A stretch of 64,000 bases of DNA from Octopus vulgaris (GCA_951406725.2 OX597826.1:58776001-58840000); one strand, 5' to 3'. Shown: positions 40,957-55,130, numbered from the stretch's first letter. Notes: a model not told the origin generated them from the letters alone. A program made the numbers and translations.

Positions 40957-40985
<29 letters not shown>
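40270..40985. repeat. Long (ATGT)n microsatellite (counterpart at ~44530-45255)
   Basis: Directly visible; source of the MYVC/HTYI ORFs. Confidence 0.95.
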
Positions 40986-40989
<4 letters not shown>

Positions 40990-42253
40990 CTGTGTGTCTC
41001 TCTTCGTGTATTTTTGCGGTGTCGATGTTACTGAATCTGTATGTGTGAGAGAGATAAAGTTAGGTGTCGATATAAAAGTTTATATATGTGTGTTTACGGG
41101 TTTGTGTGTTTGTGCGTATGTGTGTATGCTTATGTGCGTGTCTATGTGTATATGTATGTGTGTGTGAGAGAGATAGAGAGAGAAGGAAAGAGTTTACCCG
41201 TGCGCGGGCATGTGAATGCATGTGCTTGCATATGTGTGTGTTTTCATGTAACTAAGTGTAAGCATACGTGTTGTTGTTGTGTGTGTGTGCCATGCGCACA
41301 TGAGTGTGTATGTGTGTGTGCGCATGTGTGTGTATGTGTGTATGTATGAGCGTGTGCTTGTGTGTGTGAATGAGTGTGTGTATGCGTGTATGTGTATCTG
41401 TGATTGTTATGTGTGTGTGTGTATGTATGATATGTGTGAATGTGCATATGTAAATTTGTGTGTATACATGTGTGAATATGTGTATGTGTCTATGTGTATG
41501 TGCATGTATGTGTGCGTGTGTATCTATGTGTGGATATGTGTGTATGTGTGTGCGTACGAACATGTTTTTTATGTAACTGACTCTACAGCGTTGACATGTG
41601 TACTCGTAAATATACGTGCGTGTGTGTATATCTGTGTCTATGCATGTCTGTATGTGTGCATGTGCGTGCGTGTCTGTATGCGTGCGTATGCGTGTGTGTG
41701 CGTGTGTGTACGTATGTGTTCGTGTGTCCATATTTGTATGTTTGTGCAGTGTCGAAATGTATCAATGTGTATGTGCGAGAGTTACTGTTTCCTTGTTTGA
41801 TGTCAATGTAGGAATTTATACTTGCGTGCGCGTAGGTGTTTGTCTGTCTGTCTGTCTGTATGTATGTGTGTGTATGTATGCATGCATGTATGTATGTATG
41901 TATGTATGTATGTATGTATGTATGTATGTATGTATGTATGTATGTATATATGTATGTATGTATGTGTATGTATGTATGTATGTATGTATGTTTGTATGTA
42001 TGTATATATGTGATTATGTATGTATGCATGTGAGTATATGTGTATGTATATGTGTGTTTGTGTGTTCATTCATCGAGCTAAAAAGAGCAGTCAAATCTCT
42101 TCAAATCACGCTCATTCATCATTCAAGAACGAAATATAAGGGGCTATTTCAGATGCAGACATGGTACGCTGGGAAAATACGTTGTGATGGTCATATTTGG
42201 AATGCTTTTGATCACAACTGAGCTTGATCAGAGACGCGCCTGATTCTAAACAA

Positions 42254-42353
42254 NNNNNNNNNNNNNNNNNNNNNNNNNNNNNNNNNNNNNNNNNNNNNNN
42301 NNNNNNNNNNNNNNNNNNNNNNNNNNNNNNNNNNNNNNNNNNNNNNNNNNNNN
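42254..42353. other. Assembly gap (100 N)
   Basis: Run of n. Confidence 1.
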
Positions 42354-42781
42354 TGTTATTAATCGTGAAATTTAGTCAATATCTTGTTGCACCTCCTTTG
42401 GCAGCAATGACAGCTGCTACGCGGGTCGGCATGCTGTCTATGAGTGCCTGCAGGTACTGTGCAGGGATGGCCCCTCATGCAGCAAGAAGTGTCCCAAACA
42501 GCTCGTGTCGGTTCCTGTATTGCTGCACATTCAAATCCCTACCCAATCGACTCCAGAGGTTCTCAATAGGGTTCAGGTCAGGTGACTGGCCAGCACGTAC
42601 TCCTCGCCACCAAAGAGGTATCCCGTACTATCTCAACGTTCTTTGCTGCGTTGATGTTGCCTTCGACGGCATAGAGCCGCCTAACAGCACTGTAGCTGAA
42701 CGCCCCTCACACCATCAGACCACCCCCACCATGCTTCATGGTGAGCAAATCAAGGGTGCTAATTAATTTCTGACGGTAGTG
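42354..42781 (-). mobile_element. Duplicate of the Tc1 element at 37932-38498 (cut by the gap)
   Basis: Essentially identical to 38071-38498. Confidence 0.9.
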
Positions 42782-43776
42782 TATATATATACACACACAC
42801 ACAGAGTGAGAGACATAGAGAGAGAGGGACAAAACGAGAGAGAGAAGGAGCTATGTATCGATGCACATATATTCAGAAGATAAACACATATATACAAGCA
42901 TATAGCTATTAATATATATAGAAAATTTACATTTACATGAAGCAAAAAAGTACAGTATAGTATAGAGAAAGTACGTAGATTTTTTAACTCGACAGCTGTT
43001 TCTGGGAGCTCGGAATAACGTAACGGTTTTCACGTTAATAATTAGCAGCCGGAACGTGCAAATCATAAAGTATACGCAACTACTAAATGGTGATATAAAG
43101 ACATTTTTGCCGATTTCTTCTCCTGATGAAGGTAGCCAGTATTATCGTAATGTGGCTTCAGTAACTTTCACCGACATAATTTTGGATGTTGAGATATATA
43201 ATTTCACCCAGTATCGCAGATACGGGGTTTAGGGTTTGGTCTGCCCTGTGCGACGATTTCACAAGGGTGGCACGTTTTAGGTTTGCAATATAAGTCTTCA
43301 TAGGCTGGTGGGGGCATCAAAGTGACAGACTGCCCCGGACTGTATATACTCTACCAATAATTAACGACGCTATTCTCTACAAATACATGAAATAAATATT
43401 TAAAAACCTACTGTTTCTGAGTGTGTGTGTGTGTATTAATTAATACCTGTACATATGTATAAGCGTGTCTATGTGTGCTTGTGAGTGTATTACTGTGTGT
43501 ATCAAAATGTGAGCGTGCATGTATATGTGTGTGAATGAGTGTCTGTGTAAATATGTATGTACCCTTCACTCTTATGTTTGTTTACGTATCATAAGTTCTC
43601 TATTGTAAACATATAAAACTTCTCAATCAATGCATGTTTTTATCAGTTTATCAAGTTACGTGAACCACTATTTTCATTCATGTACACATACGAACTCATA
43701 CAAGCATATATATACATACATACATACATACATACATGCATACATACATATGAATGTTCGCATGTAGGTCTGTATG

Positions 43777-43840
<64 letters not shown>

Positions 43841-43987
43841 ATATATGTATATATGTATATATCTATATCTATCTATATATGTATATATATATATATATAT
43901 ATATACACAGATATACATATATATAGATAGATAGATAGATATATTTATCTATCTATATATATATATTTATATGTATATATATATATA

Positions 43988-44033
<46 letters not shown>

Positions 44034-45188
44034 GCATGCACATATAAGTATACCCATATATAAATATATTCTGTTCTATCTTAATCTTTATTCTTTATGT
44101 ATCTATAGGTATGCGTATGATTATATATATATATATATATATATACATACACGTATATATTCATGAGTTTCTATATGTAAATATACACATACACGCATAC
44201 ACACACGCCCACGCACATACATTTATATGCATATGCGTGTATGTTTTTTTTTTATATATATATATCATGTTCTCAGTCAGACATATGTATATATTGAGGT
44301 GTATATCAAGTCAGTCACGAAAAGATACATTTAATGACAAATGTATTTTAATCTTGGGACAAAATCTTCAAACGCGATATCAACCATTTTATTTCAGAAC
44401 ATGAAAGCTTAGAATTTGATGCCGATTAAAGTGCGTGTGTCTATGTGTCAGTGTTTGTATATGTGTGCGAGTACGTGAGTATATGTGTGTAGTGTATGCG
44501 CGTGTTTCTGTGTTGGTGTGTGTATAAGTATGTATGTATGTATGTATGTATGTATGTATGTATGTATGTATTTATGTTTTTATGTATGTATGTATGTATG
44601 TATGTATGTATGTATGTATGTATGTATGTATGTATGTATGTATGTATGTATGTATGTATGTATGTATGTATGTATGTATGTATGTATTTATGTATTGATG
44701 TACGTATGTACGTATGTATGTATGTATGTATGTATGTATGTATGTATGTATGTATGTATGTATGCATATATGTATGTATGAATGTGCATATGTTCGTATG
44801 TACGTACGTATGTATGTATGTATGTATGTATGTATGTATTGATGTACGTATGTACGTATATATGTATGTATGTATGTATGTATATATGTAGGTATGTCTG
44901 TATATATGTATGTAACTATGTATGTAGGTATGTATGTATGTATGTAGGTAGGTAGGTATGTATGTATGTAACTATGTATGTAGGTATGTATGTATGTATG
45001 TATGTATTTATGTATGCATGTATGTATGAATGTACGTATGTACGTATGTACGTATGTATGTATGTAGGTATGTATATATGTATGTATGTATGTATGTATG
45101 TACGTACGTACGTATGTACGTATGTATGTATGTATTTATGTATGTATGTATGTATGCATGTATGTATGCATGTATGTATGTATGTATG

Positions 45189-45222
<34 letters not shown>

Positions 45223-46589
45223 TGTATGTATGTATGTATGTATATATGTATGTATGTAAATCTGTGTGTCTCTTCGTATGTTTCTGCGGTGTCGATGTTA
45301 CTGAATCTGTATGTGTGAGAGAGATGTAAAAGTTCGGTGTCGATGTAAAAGTTTATATATGTGTGTTTATGGGTTTGTGTGTTTGTGCGTATGTGTGTAT
45401 GCTTATGTGCGTGTGTATGTGTTTGTGTATGTGTGTGTGAGAGAGATAGAGAGAGAAGGAAAGAGTTTACCCGTGCGCGGGCATGTGAATGCATGTGCTT
45501 GCTTATGTGTGTGTTTTCATGTAACTAAGTGTAAGCATACGTGTTGTTGTTGTGTGTGTGTGTGCCATGCGCACATGAGTGTGTATGTGTGTGTATGTGT
45601 GTATGTATGAGCGTGTGCTTGTGTGTGTGAATGAGTGTGTGTATGCGTGTATGTATATCTGTGATTGTTATGTGTGTGTGTGTATGTATGATATGTGTGA
45701 ATGTGCATATGTAAATTTGTGTGTATACATGTGTGAATATGTGTATGTGTCTATGTGTATGTGCATGTATGTGTGCGTGTGTATCTATGTGTGGATATGT
45801 GTGTATGTGTGTGCGTACGAACATGTTTTTTATGTAACTGACTCTACAGCGTTGACATGTGTACTCGTAAATATACGTGCGTGTGTGTATATCTGTGTCT
45901 ATGCATGTCTGTATGTGTGCATGTGCGTGCGTGTCTGTATGCGTGCGTGCGTATGCGTGTGTGTGCGTGTGTGTACGTATGTGTTCGTGTGTCCATATTT
46001 GTATGTTTGTGCAGTGTCGAAATGTATCAATGTGTATGTGCGAGAGTTACTGTTTCCTTGTTTGATGTCAATGTAGGAATTTATACTTGCGTGCGCGTAG
46101 GTGTTTGTCTGTCTGTCTGTCTGTATGTATGTGTGTGTATGTATGCATGCATGTATGTATGTATGTATGTATGTATGTATGTATGTATGTGTATGTATGT
46201 ATGTATGTATGCATATATGTATGTATGTATGTGTATGTATGTATGTATGTATGTATGTTTGTATGTATGTATATATGTGATTATGTATGTATGCATGTGA
46301 GTATATGTGTATGTATATGTGTGTTTGTGTGTTCATTCATCGAGCTAAAAAGAGCAGTCAAATCTCTTCAAATCACGCTCATTCATCATTCAAGAACGAA
46401 ATATAAGGGGCTATTTCAGATGCAGACATGGTACGCTGGGAAAATACGTTGTGATGGTCATATTTGGAATGCTTTTGATCACAACTGAGCTTGATCAGAG
46501 ACGCGCCTGATTCTAAACAATAACAACGCGCATAGCATCAGTGGCGGAGACATTCTCCACTACAAGCCAACGAACATTAATAACAATTA

Positions 46590-47001
46590 TGTCAAAGACG
46601 ACTACAAGAAGAAGAAGAAGATGAAGAAGAAGAAGAAGAAGAACAAGAACAACAAGAACAACAACAACAACAACAACAACAACAAGAGTAGCAGCAGTAA
46701 TAAGAATCAAGGAAAACGTGAACAACAGCAATAATACTCGGCCAACAAAGATTGCTTTTGTCTGTCAAGAAGCAATATTAAACGCGCCTTCATAAACTCC
46801 ACTCATGCCATTCAATAGCGACCAACAACAATGGTTATAAACAGTGACAACGAAATGAAGAATAGCAATAACAACAACAAGAACAACGTTCCCCTCGTCT
46901 ATGTCCATGTGGCTAATAAGATATATAATAATAACAACAACAACAACAACCACAGCAATAATAACTATAATAATGATATGATAATAATAATAATAATAAT
47001 A

Positions 47002-47042
<41 letters not shown>

Positions 47043-47163
47043 AATGATGATGATGATGGTGGTGGTGGTGGTGGTGGATGTATTTGTGGGGATGGGGATG
47101 GTGGTGGGGGTGATTATGATGATGATGACGATGATAATGATGATGATGATGATGATGATGATG

Positions 47164-47194
<31 letters not shown>

Positions 47195-47205
47195 TGGTCG
47201 TGGTG
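46590..47205. repeat. Compound trinucleotide microsatellites (AAG/AAC/AAT/ATG/GTG)
   Basis: Directly visible. Confidence 0.9.
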
Positions 47206-47538
47206 GTTTCTTTTCGCCACCGAGAGCGACTGGTGGGAGGACCGACACAAGGACAGACATAAAGTGTAAAAGTTTCCACAATGAAATGATTAAAAAAAAA
47301 ATATCGAAAAATGATCGTTGGTAGTCTATGAGCTGAAAGTCCTCCGGAACAGGCTTAGCCACACGGAGACTTCCCCGAGAATGTCGTCACATTTCTCCAC
47401 CATTCATCCCCTATATATATATTGCTAGAATGCAACATCCAGTGATCCCATTATCCGAGTGGTAGAGAGCTGTGAGCGACTGATGAGACTCTGGGCGTCA
47501 TATAGGCACAAGGCTATTTTGGGAGGAGGGTGTGAATA

Positions 47539-48069
47539 CCGTAAATCCTCGAGTATAGTCCGCCCTTGAGTATAACACGCAGGGGATTTTTAGGGGGCTG
47601 TACCTCTGAAAGACCTAAACCTTGTGTATAATACGCACCCCTACTCTAACTTGAGTGAAGGAGGTCTATATAACCTCCTTGGTTTGTAAAAATGTATACG
47701 GTAACGTCCTTTATTATTATTGTACATATAATATAATGCAAACGCGTAGCTATTTTGTGCATTTTGTTTGCAGAAAATAAAAAAATAACAATAATAATAA
47801 GAAATAACAGTAATAACGTTTAATAAATGTTGCTTACTGCATGTTATGGATGATTCTTTTATGACTTCGTTGCTTTCTGGCTTAGCTTAAGATATTTTCG
47901 CGCCCGACATTACAAAATGCGTCTGAATAAACATTGCCTTACAGCAAATAGAGACTCGGACATTGCTTAGTAAATAATTTTCATTTTTAACCTCGTATAT
48001 AGTACGCACTAGGGATTTTGACCTTTAAATTTTGGGTAAAAAATGCGGATTATACTCGATGATTTACGG
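47539..48069. mobile_element. pogo/Tc1-mariner MITE (CCGTA termini) inserted in a minus-strand SINE B
   Basis: TA-ccgtaaatcctcgagtatagtccgc ... gcggattatactcgatgatttacgg-TA; SINE B pieces at 47505-47536 and 48072-48200. Confidence 0.85.
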
Positions 48070-48229
48070 TATGTTACATTGACCTCAGTGCTCAAGTGGT
48101 ACTTATTTTAACGATATCGAGAGGATGGTAGGCAAAGTCGATCTGGACGGAATTTTAACACAGGACATAAAGACGGATTAAATACTAAATGCATTTTATC
48201 CGGCTCAAACAAAAGCGAAAACATTCAAA

Positions 48230-48480
48230 TCAAGATTACTGCTAGTAATCTGTATATAGATGTGGTGGCATCAGCGAGACCAAACTTTCCGAGGCACAAG
48301 TCTTCACGTCCATTTTCATTGGCTATGAAGTAAACGCATCTGCAATCCGACTGGAGACAGGCAGTGGATGTACGAAAGTGCTGCTGTGATATAGTGATTG
48401 TGAGATTCCCTGCCCTTTGATGAGGTGTCGTTCGGCTACTTCTTGGACCTAGGTCAAAGGATTTTGCAATACCAGCAAAT
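48230..48480 (+). mobile_element. Decayed LINE AP-endonuclease fragment (possibly Tx1-like)
   Basis: With one frameshift reads IDVVA(I)SETKLSEA...GYEV.AS...GSG..KVLL, resembling APE domain motifs II-III. Confidence 0.4.
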
Positions 48481-48759
48481 GAATGCCCTGTAACGGTGGG
48501 TTCTGCTATTGCAACGGCTGCTGCTATTACTTACGTTTTTTCTTTTGTTGTAGTTGCTGCCGATATTGCATGTTATTGATGTTGCTGTAACAATTCAAAT
48601 GCTGTTTTTACAACCTGTTGCTTCAAGCGTGGAGATGGTTGCAATCAAATTCCCCCTTTCCGCTGAAGATATAATGGGCGACGGTTTTCCTGCTTCTTTC
48701 TGCAAATTTTTCTTGCTCTCTACATACTTCTTCTCTTCTTCTTCTTCTTACAGCATTCA

Positions 48760-49020
48760 CCCGGGGCTGTGTTGAGCTGGCTTCATTCATCCTCAATGTT
48801 GCATCTCTCACAAACGCCTACCAGGCCTGGCGATTTGAGGCTAACGACCGCGTGATCTCCAAACACTCCTTATCCCAGCGGCGAACACCGTAGATATGGG
48901 GGCCTAGGTTGGGTTCCAGATCAGCCTTGACTGTCATCAGCCAGGTTTTTCGTTGTCCACCACATCGCTTTCGCCAACCCTGAAGGGCTGCTGGGGCAAT
49001 TGCTTCGTAGATGAATTGTC
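48760..49020 (-). mobile_element. RTE-clade LINE 3' fragment
   Basis: GWRKRCGGQRKTWLMTVKADLEPNLGPHIYGVRRWDKECLEITRSLASNRQAW, a recognised RTE C-terminal pattern, followed by an (AAG)n-like tail. Confidence 0.7.
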
Positions 49021-49664
49021 CTCCACATACCTTTGTTGTTGTTGTTGTTGTTGATCGTGATTGCTTCTTCTTTATTTCAAGAGTTTGCCATAAAGGCACT
49101 CCACAGAGTGAGAAGCTTGCGGGTTGGACAACGACATTACTGAGATGAGTAATGAAAAGGATGGTATTAATGGGAGAAGACAAGAAATGCCCGCCAATCT
49201 TTCCTTCTCTAAAACATTATTATTATTATTTTTTTTTTTTGAAAAACAAAAAACACAAATGGGGTGATGAACCTCTTACAGTAACATTAGATTTCATAAT
49301 AATAACGGAAACATTGCTTCTTCTTACAACAGCTATAGTGTTGCACGGTGGGAGCTATTGATTGCGAACGACAGCTTTACCTTCAAACTTAGCTTCCACT
49401 GGCTTACAGTTTACTAGCCGATAGGCAAGAAGGAATGGTTGGAAGCCATTTAGAAATTCTTGCATTTCTTTGAAGAATATGAATTTTCAATGTTTTGCCC
49501 CATGAGGCAATAAAAAGCAGCTGAGCAGTCCCTTGCAGTCTCGATCAGCATGACATGATACAATAAGATCAACGATAGCAACTCTCTAAAAGGAGAAGAC
49601 AAATTCACAGAACTTCCAAAACATGTTCAGCTTCGGCAATCATTTGCAACGACAGCAACAGTTA

Positions 49665-50520
49665 TTTCTTTACTGCCCACAAGGGGCTACACATAGAGGG
49701 GACAAACAAAGACAGACAAACGGATTAAGTCGATTATATCGACCCCAGTGCGTAACTGGTACTTATTTAATCGACCCCGAAAGGATGAAAGGCAAAGTCG
49801 ACCTCGGCGGAATTTGAACTCAAAACGTAACGGCAGACGAAATACCTATTTCTTTACCACCCACAAGGGGCTAAACACAGAGGGGACAAACAAGGACAAG
49901 CAAACGGATTAAGTCGATTATATCGACCCCAGTGCGTAACTGGTACTTAATTTATCGACCCCGAAAGGATGAGAGGCAAAGTCGACCTCGGCGGAATTTG
50001 AACTCATAACGTAAAGACAAACGAAATACTGCTAATCATTTCACCCGGCGTGCTAACGTTTCTGCCAGCTCGCCGCAATTGTTTCTGATTTAGGCACAAG
50101 ATCAGCAGGGTTTAGGAGAGAAGTTTAGTCAATAGAATCGACCTCAGTACTTGACTGGTACTCTATTTGATCAATCTCAGAAAGTGGACCTTGGCGGGTT
50201 TGAACAAAGAATTCGATGATTTGGATGAAATATCACGAAGCATTTACCTCAGCACTCTGTCGATTCTGCCAATCCATTAATACCTTTCATTTCTTATACA
50301 TCATTTTAAAACTATTTTTTGGCACCAGAACAGCAGTTTTAGGGATGGGTTGGGATCAGTCGATTACATCACCCTCAGCACTCAACTGGTACTTATTAAA
50401 ACCCGAAATGATGAAAAGCAAATTCTCATGGCGGGATTTGTAGTGTGGACGTAAGTACGGACTAAATGCCGCTAAACATCTTTGTCCGGCATGTTAACGG
50501 TTCTGCCAGCTGGCCGCCTT
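49665..50520 (-). mobile_element. SINE family B cluster: young dimer (49665-50075) plus two older copies
   Basis: Repeated tcgaccccagtgcgtaactggtactta...ccgaaaggatga.aggcaaagtcgacctcggcggaatttgaactc cores. Confidence 0.85.
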
Positions 50521-50733
50521 AATGGTTCTAGTAAAGGCATATGGATTGAAATTTTGATGGGAGGAGAAAAGGCGATTGCTCTGCTAAGGATTGTTTTAGT
50601 TTTCTGTCCCAGCAAGTCATGAAAAAGCCGGTCACATCTCCAGCCACGCTGACAACAATGGCTGAACCTTGAACCTGCATGTAGAGTTGCTTGTTAAACT
50701 TTACTAATTTGGTTCTTCAGGGTCGTTCTTATG

Positions 50734-51060
50734 CTAGCCCCTATTGCATGTGCAGTCATTCTTTTCACACCGACTGTTGTACTCAGAGTCCTCTGCGGTG
50801 CTTTTCTTCGCCGCCGATGTAATGGTGAGTTGTCTTCCTCTCTGTGACCTGGTGGGGCAGAATCTACAAAGGTCATGGTTGTCTAGATAGTTACTAACAC
50901 AGCTCAGTTTAAGGAGGAGGCCCCGTTCCCTCCTATTTTCTTCACGGAACTCTACTTCACTCTCACAGATAATCGCAACGCATTTTTCTACAGCAAAATT
51001 TATGTCTATAGATGGGTAGAGTGAAATTACGTCTGTATTACCCACCACACAACTCGTGAG
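50734..51060 (-). mobile_element. Penelope-like reverse-transcriptase fragment
   Basis: VVGNTDVISLYPSIDINFAVEK (PLE RT motif D.xSLYPSI), followed by the CPTR..RGR..TITS insertion seen in some PLE RTs. Confidence 0.6.
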
Positions 51061-51377
51061 GTCGTTGGAGTGGTTGCAACTACTGATTCTAGTGAGGACA
51101 ACAACAACAACAACAACGACAAAAACATGGCACTAAAGGAGAATGACTCTTCCCAGACACAATAAAATATGCTTCAACACACGAATTCACATAAAGAATC
51201 TTGCAAACCAAATACAAAAAAAAAGTAATGTCCTTTTTACGTAATATATAAAATAAAATAATGATGATGAAAATATCGACGACGTTTATAATGGTAATGG
51301 CTGAGGATAATAATGATGGTGGTGGTGGTGATGGTGGTGGGGATGTGGTGGTGGTTGTGGTGGTGGTGGTGATGATA

Positions 51378-51434
<57 letters not shown>

Positions 51435-52706
51435 TTAGTGATGATGATGATGATGATCATCATCATCATCATCATTTCCAATAACCGAAAGTGTCTTTAT
51501 CTGCCAGTAGAGCAGCAACAACAACAATAACTACAACGACAACAACAATAGCAACAACAACACAAATGGCAGAAACATTAAATTAAAATAGATGAAGGGA
51601 GACCCGACTATTTGTGGGTGTACATAAATTGTGAATGTGTACAGCAGACCAGTAATAATAAGCCGGGTGGAGGATGGTTATTGTGTGTCAACCGGGTGGA
51701 AAGGACGAGACAATACTGGTGTAGAGTCGAATAATGGTGACATTGTTGTTTATTAATGGTAGTGGCATTCGTGTTGGGGGCGGTGATGGGGAATTGTGGT
51801 GGTGGTGGTGGTGGTAGTGGTTGTGGTGGTGGTGGTGATGGCTGTGGTCATGGTGCCAGTAATGGTGTTGAGGGGGGGGAAGAGAGAGAGAAAGAGAGTT
51901 AGTGAGAAGCAGTGAAGTGAAACGAACTGTTTAACATCAACAATTACAAATTATCTGAGTGACAGCAGACATTACTCTACACTATCGCCACCTACTGGCA
52001 ATGCCAAATACATCATCATCATCATCATCATCATTTTTATCATCCTCAACAACGTCTTTTCTGGGATTTTTTTTTATCATCATCACCATCATCGTCTTCA
52101 CCAGTGCGTTCGTCGCCCTCGTTGTTTCCATCACCTCCAGCGGCTGCAGCAGCAGCATCACCACCACTACCACCGCCATCCCATCGCCGAAACCACCACC
52201 ACCACCACCACCACCACCACCACCACCACCACCACCACCACCACCACCACCACCACCAACCACTACCACAGCCACCGTCTCCGCCGCCTACGCCAGCAAC
52301 AACAACGCCACCGCTGCCTCCGATAGATACCACCGCAACCACCGTCACCCCCATAACCACCACCACCACCACCACCACCACCATTACTACAACCACTTTT
52401 CTTACAAAGTTAGCTTCGACGTCGTTCCTTGATCTGTTAAAACAGTAGCCATGACCATTCGATCCACTGTCTTCAAGAATGAAGAGTCGGTTGATATGAA
52501 TGGCTGGTCTCTAATAAGTACCAATGAATCAACCAGCACCACTACCACCACCACAACAACAACAACAACAATTACAACACTAACACTATTATTACTACCA
52601 CCAACACCAACTCTAACAATAACTTTACTAATTTTGATATCACCACCACCACTACCGCCACCGCTGCCACCAATACCAACATAACTACGATAACCATCAC
52701 CACCAT

Positions 52707-53140
52707 GCTGGCAGAACCGTTAGCACGCCGGTCGAAATGCGTAGCCGTATTTCGTCTGCCGTTACGTTCTGAGTTCAAATTCCGCCGAGGTCGACTTTGC
52801 CTTTCCTCCTTCCGGGGTCGATAAATTAAGTACCAGTTACGCACTGGGGTCGATGTAATCGACTTAATCCTTTTGTCTGTCCTTGTTTGTCCCCTCTATA
52901 TTTAGCCCCTTGTGGGTAATAAAGAAACAGATAACCATCACCACCATCACCACAGCCACTACTGCTGTCACCGCATCACTAACGTTGCACCATCAATTTA
53001 TATCCCGCGGTCGACTTTGCCTTTCATCATTCCGGGGTCGATAAATTAAGTACCACTGGCGTACTGAGGTGGATCTAATCGACTGGCTCCCCCCCCCAAA
53101 AAAAAAATTTCGGGCCTTGTGCCTCGAGTAGAAAAGAATT
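52707..53140 (+). mobile_element. Two SINE family B copies (52707-52930; 53008-53140 partial)
   Basis: gctggcagaaccgttagcacgccgg...gtcgactttgccttt...gtcgataaattaagtacc. Confidence 0.85.
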
Positions 53141-53486
53141 TATGTCCACCACCATTATCAACTTCCCCCACAGTAAAGAGCGTAATTACAATTTCACAGG
53201 CTCCACCATCATCGCCATCACCCTCCCATCGCTCCCCACCACCACCACCAGCACCCACCACCACACACCACTACCAGGCCCACCACCACCATCACCACCA
53301 CCACCACCACTATCATCATCATCATAATTTCCAGAACCACTAGAGCCATTCACCTCCACCACCCCCCGCCGCCACGGCTACCGCCACCACCACCACCACC
53401 ACCACTACCCGCCTCCCAACAACAATAACACTATTAAAACCACATGTTCTCCAGACTTACACACTCCCTTTCTCTTTTCCATATAG

Positions 53487-53520
53487 GTGCTACCCGCGAG
53501 TCTGTTGGGGGTGTGGCCAG
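53487..53520 (+). other. Candidate 34-nt microexon of an unidentified host gene
   Basis: Branch-like cttac (53456), polypyrimidine tract ctccctttctcttttcc, ..tag acceptor; exon GTGCTACCCGCGAGTCTGTTGGGGGTGTGGCCAG; donor CAG|gtaatt. Open in all three frames. No transcript evidence. Confidence 0.35.
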
Positions 53521-54862
53521 GTAATTACGATGTTAGTATTATCGGGTATGCGCGCTTGTCGGTTTGGATTATAATCAAAGTTAAGGATAGACAGACGGGG
53601 TGGCTGGTCTGTGTAGTGAGGTGATCGAGTAAACGGGTGGGCGGCTAAATAGATAGAAACTTGTAATAATAATGATAAACGGGTAGATGGATAGCCGGGT
53701 AGCAGTATGGGTAGATTAGAGCTCAGGCAGAGAGAATTAGAGGAAGTGTTTATTGTCGCTGATCGACAATAATTTAATAGGCGGGTAGATATTGGGTATC
53801 AGAGAGGTGGTATCTTGTATATATACGACTGGCAGAGGGGTATGTTAGCTTGGGTAGAAGGTACGGAGATATCCGGTTTGTTTGGGAAATTATTGTAACA
53901 GTATACCGCCCGCAGGATTTTGATCAGACTTAAATAAAAGCCGAACCCGAGATCTTAACATTTGCACTGGATGGACATAAAGTTTAATTCGGGTGGAGGC
54001 TTGTGTATGAGATATTAAATGTAGGTAGATCGGGTGGGCGACTGGTTATTTATTTGTGTTGTTTCTTTCTAGGCGGGAAATAAGTGTTGGATTGTGCGTG
54101 TATGTATGTATCTTTGTATGTATGTAAATATGTATGTATGTATTTATGTGCGTAAGTATGTAGGCATATATGTATGTGTATGTGCATGTATTTGTGTGTG
54201 TATGTATGTAGGCATGTATGTGTGTATATATATATATATGTATGTACGTATTTATGCATGCATGTGCGTATGTATGTACGTATGTGTGTGTTTGTATGCA
54301 TGTATGTATGTTTGTATGTATGTATATATCGGTATGTAAGTATGCGAATGTGTGTACGTATGTCCGTATGTATGTATCTATGTCGATATATACGTATGCG
54401 TGTTTATGCATAGGTGTAGGTATGCATGTGTGTAAATATTTATACGTGTGTGTGTGCGTGTGTCTTTGTGAGTGAGTGTGTATGTGTGTTTGCGAGAGAG
54501 AGAGAGAAAGAGAGTTCATATGTGTGCTTACGTGTGCGAGTGAATGTGTGTATATTGGTGCGTAAATGGTGTATTGGTATGGCTCTATGTCAGCATGTAT
54601 ATGATGGAATGTATAATTGTATACATGCATGTAAGAATGTTGTCAGTACGTATGTATGAGTATATACATACATACGTTCATACATACATACCCACATAAT
54701 TCACACATACATACATACATACTCACATACAATCATACATACATGCATTCACAGACAAAGGCGTGGCTGTGTGGTAAGAAGTTTGCTTTCCAAATACATT
54801 GGTAACAGGTTCAAATCACGGCATTATTTAAAGCTTTTTTTTTCTTTAAGATACATTCTTTC

Positions 54863-55130
54863 TTTCATTTGTTTCAGTCATTTTACGGTGGCCGTGCTGG
54901 AGCACAACCTTTAGTCGAACAAACCAACCCCAGTACTTATTCTATCGGTCACTTTTGCCGAACCACTAATTTATGAAACGTAAACACACGAACATCGGTT
55001 GTCAAGCGAGGGTGGTGGGAAAAACACAGACATAGACACACACACACACTTAGACACACACATACACACGCACACACGCATATATATGTGTACATATATA
55101 TATCTATGTGTGTGTGTATCAATAATATAT

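Larger units (their letters stand above)
38071..46520 (+). repeat. ~4.2-kb direct duplication (38071-42253 vs 42354-46520) flanking a 100-N gap
   Basis: Copy 2 starts right after the gap with tgttattaatcgtgaaatt (=38071). Copy 1 ends at the gap with tgattctaaacaa (=46520). Differences are mostly microsatellite lengths and scattered SNPs. Confidence 0.95.

Noticed and set aside
47478-47505. CTGATGA-gac...gtc possible hammerhead
   Set aside because: No GAAA box follows stem II and no stem I/III is evident.
51959-52448. Poly-Pro/His/Ala ORFs resembling transcription-factor low-complexity regions
   Set aside because: Built from (ACC)n/(ATC)n repeats in a trinucleotide-rich zone, with no domain or convincing splice context.
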